From Candidatus Heimdallarchaeum aukensis (lineage in GTDB: Archaea > Asgardarchaeota > Heimdallarchaeia > Heimdallarchaeales > Heimdallarchaeaceae): DNA of 64,000 bases. Made by a program: the position numbers and the translations under genes. Numbering within the stretch: the stretch's first letter is position 1; every line of letters starts with the position of its first letter. Location: the NCBI GenBank assembly GCA_021513695.1, contig CP084166.1, positions 352,001-416,000 on the forward strand. The letters run 5' to 3'. The notes beneath the pieces were generated by a model. It did not search any database. It worked only from the letters and a program-made list of their open reading frames with translations, and was not told the DNA's origin. This document shows, one piece after another, positions 57,743-64,000 of the stretch.

Positions 57743-57979
57743 GTGGTATGTATTAAAATGACTTCAGATTCATCTTGTTATTGTATTGTAAGAATAACTT
57801 GGCCTAAATGGATAGTTGCAACTGGACAGATAGCTTTAGGTATTGGAATACTCTTATTGATCATTTTTTCGATCTTTTACACAAAGACAAGTTGGGAAAA
57901 TTTTTCGCTATACGGAATCTACGTGGGAGCAGGTTTTTTGCTACTTGGGGCACTAATTCTATCAAGTAATGACTGGTAG
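57743..57979 (+). CDS. Small 2-TM membrane protein (copy 2, presumed original C-terminus)
   Basis: 78 aa. Identical to copy 1 up to residue 71. Confidence 0.4.
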   Translation: MVCIKMTSDSSCYCIVRITWPKWIVATGQIALGIGILLLIIFSIFYTKTSWENFSLYGIYVGAGFLLLGALILSSNDW

Positions 57980-58014
57980 GTAGAAGAAAGAAAAAGAAAA
58001 GGAAAAAAGAAACT

Positions 58015-60051
58015 TTAGAAAAATGCAAACGTGATAAACAAAGGAAGAAGAGTGATTGAAAGTATATTTTGGAGTTTGATTAAAATATGTAGAGAAGGTC
58101 CGGCAGTATCTTTTAGAGGATCACCTACTGTGTCTCCTATTACTGCCGCATCATGCGTTTCTGTTCCTTTACCTCCAAAATGTCCAAGTTCTATGTATTT
58201 CTTAGCGTTATCCCATGCTCCACCAGCGTTAAACATAAACATCGCTAATATTCCAGAAACCACCTTAACTGCAACAAGATAAGCTGCTAGGTACCATACA
58301 CCAACAAGGAAACCCATTATTATTGGTGCCAAAATAGCTATGAAAGTGGGTACAATCATTTCTTTTAAAGCATTTGTTGTGCTTATTCCCACACATCGAG
58401 AATAATCTGCATTGGATTCTCCCTTCAAAATACCAGGGTTTTCTCTAAATTGTCTTCTTACTTCATCAGCCATTTTGAAAGAAGCTCTTCCAACAGCTTT
58501 GATGATTAATGCAGAGAAAAGAAAAGGCATCGTTGCTCCAATGAATATAGCAGCAATACCAATGGGACTTGCAATGTTAACAACAAGATTAGATAAATCA
58601 GAAGCATCCATTCCGAGTAAATCAGCTGCTTGTGTAAGAAAAGCAAACAAGATAACTACAGAAGTTAATATACAAGTGGACATGGCATAACCTTTGGTTA
58701 TTGCTTTAGTTACGTTTCCCACACCATCTAATTCTTCTAAAGCAGAGCCTACTTCATCATTTATACCAGACATTGTAGCTATTCCTTCTGCATTATCTGC
58801 AATTGGCCCAAAAGTATCTGAACTCATTATTATTCCTGTAGAAGCGAGAACACCCATAGTAGCAGCAGCTACTCCGAAAACTCCAAGCATTCCTCCTCCC
58901 ATAATGAAATATGAAGCTACAGAGACTCCAGCAACAACAATTAAGGGAATAACAGGACTTTCAAGACCATAAGCTAAACCTATTATTATGTTTAAAGCTG
59001 GCCCACTCTGAGAACTTTTAGCAATTTCTTTTGTTACTCTCCCTCCAGTAATTGTGTAATAATTTACAAGCATAGAAACTACAAGAGTAAGCACTAAACC
59101 TAAGCCTAAAGTATAAAATAATCGAATATCCTTCATTAACCAGAAAGCAATAGCAAAAAATCCAGCCAATGAAATGAGACCAGAGACCAAAAATGACATG
59201 TAAACATTAGTACTTGTTTTACTTTTTGTTGCACGAACAAAGAAGACTCCTACGATTGAGCTTATTATTCCCACAGATTCAATTAAAAGAGGAAATATAA
59301 GCGCATTGTAGCCATAAACAGGAATAAAAACTAAACCAAGTATCATTGTTGCGATAATATTGTCTGAAAATGATTCAAAGAGATCAGCTCCTCTGCCTGC
59401 GCAATCTCCTACATTATCTCCTACTTGGTCTGCTATAGCTGCTGGATTTCTAGGGTCATCTTCAGGAATCTTGTTTTCGACTTTACCAACGAGATCAGCT
59501 CCAACATCTGCTGCTTTTGTATATATTCCTCCTCCAATCTGAGCAAATAAAGCGGCCAAACTCGCTCCAAAACCATATCCTACAAGAACAGTAGGATCTT
59601 CGCCGAATATCATAAACAAAATACCAATTCCCAGTAAACTTAAACCAACGATTGAAATACCTGTAACAGCTCCTCCTCTAAAAGCTACAACTACAGCTTT
59701 TCGACTATCAGTTCGAGCTTTATTTGCGGTACGAACATTAGCTCTAACAGCAATGCTCATTCCAATATACGCTGCAACAAGAGAAGAAATTGAACCAATA
59801 ACAAAGCTTAAAGCCACTTCCCACTGTAAAACTAACCACAACAGTATAGCAAGCAGTACTATAAACACTCCTATAGTAATGAATTCTCTCTTAAGAAAGG
59901 CTTTGGCCCCTTCGCGTATGAAACCTGCAATTTCTTTCATTCTATCTGTTCCTTCATCTTCTTTCATTACTAGATAAATCAAAAGGAAGACTACTAAAAT
60001 AGCAACAGAGCCAACTATTATACTTATGTACGCCAAATCCACCGTTTTCAC
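58015..60051 (-). CDS. hppA: Membrane-bound proton-translocating pyrophosphatase (H+-PPase), probably the K+-independent type
   Basis: 678 aa, about 16 TM helices. Hallmark motifs GGGIYTKAADVGADLVGKVE, DNVGDCAGRGADLFES and GDTVGDPLKDTAGPSL. The GNVTKAITKG motif carries the Lys that established work associates with K+ independence. Confidence 0.9.
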   Translation of the reverse strand: MKTVDLAYISIIVGSVAILVVFLLIYLVMKEDEGTDRMKEIAGFIREGAKAFLKREFITIGVFIVLLAILLWLVLQWEVALSFVIGSISSLVAAYIGMSIAVRANVRTANKARTDSRKAVVVAFRGGAVTGISIVGLSLLGIGILFMIFGEDPTVLVGYGFGASLAALFAQIGGGIYTKAADVGADLVGKVENKIPEDDPRNPAAIADQVGDNVGDCAGRGADLFESFSDNIIATMILGLVFIPVYGYNALIFPLLIESVGIISSIVGVFFVRATKSKTSTNVYMSFLVSGLISLAGFFAIAFWLMKDIRLFYTLGLGLVLTLVVSMLVNYYTITGGRVTKEIAKSSQSGPALNIIIGLAYGLESPVIPLIVVAGVSVASYFIMGGGMLGVFGVAAATMGVLASTGIIMSSDTFGPIADNAEGIATMSGINDEVGSALEELDGVGNVTKAITKGYAMSTCILTSVVILFAFLTQAADLLGMDASDLSNLVVNIASPIGIAAIFIGATMPFLFSALIIKAVGRASFKMADEVRRQFRENPGILKGESNADYSRCVGISTTNALKEMIVPTFIAILAPIIMGFLVGVWYLAAYLVAVKVVSGILAMFMFNAGGAWDNAKKYIELGHFGGKGTETHDAAVIGDTVGDPLKDTAGPSLHILIKLQNILSITLLPLFITFAFF

Positions 60052-60350
60052 CTTAATATTTTCTTTTCAATATTTTACAAAAAACCAAAAAACATTACTT
60101 TCTTTTAAATGTATTGCTAATTTTTGTACAGAAATGTTAATTAATTAACTATTATAATAGTTGTCTATGATGCTTTATAGACATAAACCGTTAATAAACG
60201 TTAAAAGCTAATAAGAATTGAAAAACGATAATAAAAATAGAATAATACATATTGTTATTAAAACAATTTTAAGGTTAATAAAACAAAGATTGTGTTATAG
60301 AGCAAAGAAAAAAGTTAAATGTAATTATATGAAATAAATTTGTTAATAGT

Positions 60351-61121
60351 GTGGATAAAATGGTTGAAAATAACTTTTTAAACAATCTAAATAGCTTTTT
60401 GAAAGAGTTTAGTTTGGAAAGTTCTAAGATTATGGAGAATATTAATTTCTTCTTTTTATTCTTCAATGATCTAAATGTAGAGATAGAAAAAAGCAATTTT
60501 TCTGAAATTGATAAAAAACTTGTTTCTTATTCTTTTGAAGCTTTTGATTTAACCTTAAAAAAAACCTATAGATTTATTCAAGATAACTGTTTGTATATTT
60601 TTGAAAAAAAACAAGATTACAATAATGATGTGAAAAAACTAGACATGTATGAAACAATCGTAAAAGAGATTTATTATGCCTTAGGAGATTTTTATTTAGA
60701 GAAATATGCTGGGTTAGTTTCATTTATTAAGGATAATGATATTAAAATAAATCTCAAATTATACTCTAAATTTAGGACTATTTTTCTCAGATTACTAAAT
60801 CAAATCCAATCTTTGAAACAATATATAATCAAAGATGAAGAACTAAACAAATTAACTAATTGGAGAAAAAGTAAATTACAAGAATTGATTCACTCTTCAA
60901 CTTCAATTAATCTTGAAAAATTATCTGAACAACTACATTTTGATAACTCTATTGAACTTGAGCAGTGGATAATACAGATTTCTTCAGACATTTTTCTTAT
61001 TGATGATAATATTCTCAAAATATCAAGGTCTGTTACTGATGACGAAATAGCTGAATCTATAGATTCTTTGCTAAACGAGTTTAAGAAATATGAAACATTA
61101 GGTTTAGGAAAAAAAATCTGA
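60351..61121 (+). CDS. Hypothetical alpha-helical protein with a C-terminal winged-helix-like module shared with the next gene
   Basis: 256 aa. C-terminal LSEQLHFDNSIELEQWIIQISSDIFLIDDNILKI aligns with [33 protein letters not shown] of the downstream LRR protein. Confidence 0.45.
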   Translation: MDKMVENNFLNNLNSFLKEFSLESSKIMENINFFFLFFNDLNVEIEKSNFSEIDKKLVSYSFEAFDLTLKKTYRFIQDNCLYIFEKKQDYNNDVKKLDMYETIVKEIYYALGDFYLEKYAGLVSFIKDNDIKINLKLYSKFRTIFLRLLNQIQSLKQYIIKDEELNKLTNWRKSKLQELIHSSTSINLEKLSEQLHFDNSIELEQWIIQISSDIFLIDDNILKISRSVTDDEIAESIDSLLNEFKKYETLGLGKKI

Positions 61122-61130
61122 GGAGTTAAA

Positions 61131-61931
61131 ATGGATTTAGTAGAAATTAATTTCATAGTAGACGATAGGAATGAAATTATAACTGTAGAATCATCAGTTG
61201 AAGAATTAGATTTATCGAATAGAAACATCAAGGACATCAATTTAGCAGGGGTAGAAAGACTTCCTTTTCTCAAAAAGATTGATCTTTCAAACAATAGTAT
61301 TGAAAAAATATATGAAAAACCTTTGAAATATTGTCCAAGCTTACAAATAGTTAACTTGTCAAATAATGAATTAGATGAAATAGATCTATCTTTCTGTTAT
61401 TATTTACCTGACTTAAGAGTTTTAGATTTATCAAAAAACAAATTAAGAAAAGTAAACCTTTATCACCTTCTTTTGTGCAACTTTCTAAATACATTAGATT
61501 TACAAGAAAATAATTTCGAAGAAATTGATTTAACTCCACTTATTTCTTTGCCTTCTCTTAATCATCTTTCACTCTCTGAAAAAGAAAAGAAAGTGATGAA
61601 GTTAGAAGGAATGCTATCTTCTTATTTAAAATCCAACTCTCCTATAAAAACCCAACTAGTTGAACTAAAAAAGCTATATACACAGAATAATAGGATGCTG
61701 CTAATTAAACAAATAGTCAAAACCTACAAAAAAATAAGGAAATCTAAAATAGCTCAGTTTCTTTCTTTTGAAAGTGAAATTGAGTTTGAGAATTGGTTAC
61801 TTACTGAATATGGAGATATAAAAGCTTTTGAAATGACTGAAGAGTATCTTATTATTCACAAAGAAGCAGTAAATGAGTTAGACGAGATGCTCTCAAAATT
61901 AGAGAAATCGTTTGAATCTCTACGTAGATGA
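61131..61931 (+). CDS. Leucine-rich-repeat (LRR) protein with the same C-terminal winged-helix-like module
   Basis: Five to six LRRs of the LxxLxLSxNxIxxI type ([65 protein letters not shown]). A 10-nt gap from the upstream gene. Confidence 0.7.
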   Translation: MDLVEINFIVDDRNEIITVESSVEELDLSNRNIKDINLAGVERLPFLKKIDLSNNSIEKIYEKPLKYCPSLQIVNLSNNELDEIDLSFCYYLPDLRVLDLSKNKLRKVNLYHLLLCNFLNTLDLQENNFEEIDLTPLISLPSLNHLSLSEKEKKVMKLEGMLSSYLKSNSPIKTQLVELKKLYTQNNRMLLIKQIVKTYKKIRKSKIAQFLSFESEIEFENWLLTEYGDIKAFEMTEEYLIIHKEAVNELDEMLSKLEKSFESLRR

Positions 61932-62369
61932 CAATCTATTGTTTTCTTTCACTTTTTTTTCAAATTTTAAAGACGTTGAATTAATACAATAGCGTAAACC
62001 TGTTTTATCTTTAGGCCCATCGTCAAAAACGTGTCCTAAATGACCTCCACAATTACTACAGACTATTTCTGTTCTAATCATTCCGTGAGAAGTATCTAAT
62101 TGTTCTTTTACGGCGTTTGGATCGACTGGTTCAAAAAAACTAGGCCATCCACAACCTGATTTGAATTTTGCAGATGATCTAAATAATTGTTGACCGCAAC
62201 CAGCACAACTGTAAATTCCACTTTCAAAATGGTCGTAATATTCTCCAGAAAAAGGTCTCTCTGTTCCCTTTAACCTTAAGATGTAATATTGGTCTTTGGT
62301 CAGCTTTTTTTTCCAATATTCATCTGTTGAATTTCCATTTTTAAATTTATTCACATTATAAAGTAGCAA
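61920..62369 (-). CDS. msrB: Peptide-methionine (R)-S-oxide reductase MsrB
   Basis: 149 aa. Zn-binding CxxC pairs (CAGCGQQLF; [16 protein letters not shown]). Catalytic RYCINS motif. Confidence 0.85.
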   Translation of the reverse strand: MLLYNVNKFKNGNSTDEYWKKKLTKDQYYILRLKGTERPFSGEYYDHFESGIYSCAGCGQQLFRSSAKFKSGCGWPSFFEPVDPNAVKEQLDTSHGMIRTEIVCSNCGGHLGHVFDDGPKDKTGLRYCINSTSLKFEKKVKENNRLSST

Positions 62370-62408
62370 TCGAGCTTTAAATCAATATTGATTTCACAAA
62401 TTTAAAAA

Positions 62409-62930
62409 ATGAATAAAAAGTTTAAACAAATAATAGGTGACAATATGCACTTTGAAATTGGTGACAATATGCACTTTGAAATTAAACAAATTGGAATAAT
62501 TCATTCTCCTTTTAAAAAAATGGAAGAAGCTCCTATTCAACCTCGTTTTTCAGATAAGCCTGGCAAAATAGAAGTTTTTCCTGAATACAAAGAAGGATTA
62601 AAAGATCTTGAAGGTTTTTCTCATATAATCTTGCTTTATTACTTCCATCTAGTAAAAGAAGAACAGTTAACTATTCGACCTTTTATGGAGCCAGATAAAC
62701 CAAAAGGTGTTTTTGCAACGCGGTACAATAAAAGACCCAATAAAATAGGTTTATCCATTTGCGAAATTGATAGAATTGAGGATAATATAATTTATGTTAA
62801 ATATATAGACGTGCTGGATAATACTCCTCTAATTGATATTAAACCTCTTGTTCCTTTATTTGATTTCAGAAATATTGAAAACATAAAAGTAGGTTGGTTA
62901 TCTAATAAAAAAGAAAGACCTAAAGAGTAA
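62409..62930 (+). CDS. tsaA: TsaA/TrmO (YaeB, UPF0066) family tRNA methyltransferase-like protein
   Basis: 173 aa. IGIIHSPFK...EAPIQPRF N-terminal beta-barrel motif. FSHIILLYYFH and RPNKIGLSICEI are conserved TsaA blocks. The N-terminus carries an 8-residue tandem duplication (GDNMHFEI x2). Confidence 0.7.
   Translation: MNKKFKQIIGDNMHFEIGDNMHFEIKQIGIIHSPFKKMEEAPIQPRFSDKPGKIEVFPEYKEGLKDLEGFSHIILLYYFHLVKEEQLTIRPFMEPDKPKGVFATRYNKRPNKIGLSICEIDRIEDNIIYVKYIDVLDNTPLIDIKPLVPLFDFRNIENIKVGWLSNKKERPKE
62436..62483 (+). repeat. Perfect 24-bp tandem duplication (ggtgacaatatgcactttgaaatt x2) inside the tsaA 5' coding region
   Basis: Direct reading; in frame. Confidence 0.9.
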
Positions 62931-63051
62931 TATTTCTTTTCCAAATTTCAGCTCTTTTGTACAATGTTTTAAACAGACAAAAATAATTAATTTCAATTTT
63001 TGAAATATGTGTTTCAAGATAGCTATTTATTATATTTCTTAAGGTATTAAA

Positions 63052-63483
63052 TTGAGAAAAATGGCTACACTTGAAGCAATGAAAATAATTCCTGACAGAA
63101 CTGTTGAAGAGTTAGAAAAAATTGATGTTGAAATTGGTAAGATTTTAACTAAAATACTTAATGAAGATGGAAATAATTTAGATTTTATAGAAAAACAAAT
63201 TTATGCTATTCTTCTAATCTCAAAAGCTGGATTACCAATGTATTCAAACGTAAATGCTGATTTTAAAGTAAATGAACTTTTGCTGTCAGGATTGCTAGGG
63301 GCTTTACAAATAGTAGGAAATTCAATTTTCAGAGACGATACAGTTATATGTTCGATAAATTATAAAGGTTTCACGATTTTATTTGAAGAAATGTCGTTTG
63401 GAAGTTTGGTTTTAATTGTTTCAGAAAATAATCAATTAACAAGAAAAATAATTAAGATAATTAAAGAAACTTTAACTGAATAA
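63052..63483 (+). CDS. Hypothetical protein, possibly roadblock/LC7 (longin-like) fold
   Basis: 143 aa. The alternation of hydrophobic beta-like segments (AILLISKAGLPMY, FTILFEEMSFGSLVLIVSEN) with helices loosely resembles roadblock-domain proteins. The assignment is weak. Confidence 0.3.
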   Translation: MRKMATLEAMKIIPDRTVEELEKIDVEIGKILTKILNEDGNNLDFIEKQIYAILLISKAGLPMYSNVNADFKVNELLLSGLLGALQIVGNSIFRDDTVICSINYKGFTILFEEMSFGSLVLIVSENNQLTRKIIKIIKETLTE

Positions 63484-63621
63484 TGTCTGCTTCGATAATT
63501 CAATTAATCTGATAACATTATTGGGGTTATTTCTTACAAGGATAACATCTGCACTTTCTATTGCAACATCAGTTCCTGCCTTAAGCACAATTTTTGAAAA
63601 AATTAAAGAGTTTGCAAAACA

Positions 63622-63981
63622 TTAATTGAGAAAAGAATCCCAAAAAATATTAAGTTTACAAAACTCAAAAAAAAAACCAATAAAGAATATTGACCAAGCT
63701 ATATTAGTTCTTTTTTTATCTATTTTTGATTTTCGTGATTTATCTTTTTGAAATGTGAATTCTATTAATGGATAAGCTTCTATTAACATTCCTGAGACCA
63801 TAATAATTATACTTATTACAAGAATAAGTATATATACTGTATACTTGATAGTCCAGGATAATTCTATAAGAATGTTATCAATAAATGATGCTAGTAATAA
63901 AGATCCAAAGATTCCTATTATGGAAAGAAAAGATTGAATCTGTAGATTTTTTACATCAAAGTTAATATTTGTTTCATTCAT
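63622..63981 (-). CDS. Small hypothetical membrane protein (3 TM helices)
   Basis: 119-aa ORF with hydrophobic segments. No motif. Confidence 0.35.
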   Translation of the reverse strand: MNETNINFDVKNLQIQSFLSIIGIFGSLLLASFIDNILIELSWTIKYTVYILILVISIIIMVSGMLIEAYPLIEFTFQKDKSRKSKIDKKRTNIAWSIFFIGFFFEFCKLNIFWDSFLN

Positions 63982-64000
63982 TAATACTACCTACCTTATT

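Larger units (their letters stand above)
52528..57958 (+). repeat. Copy 2 of the 5.43-kb tandem duplication
   Basis: See copy 1. It ends where the sequence diverges into ctatcaagtaatgactgg. Confidence 0.9.

Noticed and set aside
47096-57958. The 5.4-kb duplicated unit as a transposon, IS element or integrated provirus
   Set aside because: There is no transposase, integrase or recombinase gene. There are no terminal inverted repeats and no target-site duplication. The boundaries fall inside coding sequences (herA and the mini-TM gene). It is a segmental tandem duplication, or an assembly artefact.
58031-59977. Several 60-92-aa plus-strand ORFs (58031..58282, 58412..58690, 58694..58972, 59360..59542, 59753..59977)
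   Set aside because: All lie antisense inside the highly conserved hppA gene. They are Pro/Ser/Ala-rich translations of the reverse strand and are spurious.

Overview
The window is a visibly AT-rich stretch of archaeal chromosome, roughly 30% GC by eye; I did not compute it. The proteins are Asn-, Lys- and Ile-rich. Several markers point to an archaeon, possibly a low-GC Asgard/Lokiarchaeia-like lineage (inference only): an F420-dependent methylene-H4MPT dehydrogenase (Mtd), MfnA, an archaeal-type phosphopantothenate synthetase, a surface protein with a PGF-CTERM archaeosortase sorting signal, an H+-pyrophosphatase and an LRR protein. Nearly the whole window is coding, with about 55 genes. 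I found no rRNA, tRNA or CRISPR, and no integrase or transposase.

Gene content, left to right:
- A polytopic membrane protein and a 1035-aa right-handed parallel beta-helix surface protein.
- A minimal sufC-sufB/D pair.
- A glycan-utilisation block: GH2, an MFS transporter and a GH127-like protein.
- mtd; a tubby/LOR-like protein; mfnA.
- A highly acidic, aromatic-rich surface protein.
- mtnA together with a Cys-nucleophile alpha/beta hydrolase.
- An ECF transporter (T, fused A-A', S).
- panB and an archaeal phosphopantothenate synthetase (PPS).
- A PGF-CTERM surface protein next to a processive GT2 synthase.
- Two further paralogous Cys-hydrolases.
- An ArsR-ABC-2 operon with a palindromic operator.
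- MFS transporters.
- A membrane-anchored winged-helix regulator with direct repeats in the promoter of the downstream gene.
- A geranylgeranyl-reductase-like flavoprotein and a VIT-family protein.
- A complete nurA-herA-mre11-rad50 DNA-end-resection operon.
- hppA; an LRR protein and its neighbour sharing a C-terminal module; msrB; tsaA.

The most striking feature is a head-to-tail tandem duplication of about 5.43 kb (47096-52527 and 52528-57958). It carries the 3' end of herA, then mre11, rad50, an uncharacterised 456-aa coiled-coil protein and a 2-TM mini-protein. The two copies differ only by a 2-nt and a 3-nt indel. In copy 1 mre11 is frameshifted and in copy 2 it is intact. Copy 2 rad50 lacks one Asp codon.

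The coiled-coil protein co-duplicated with mre11-rad50 is a candidate undescribed accessory factor of the Mre11-Rad50 complex.
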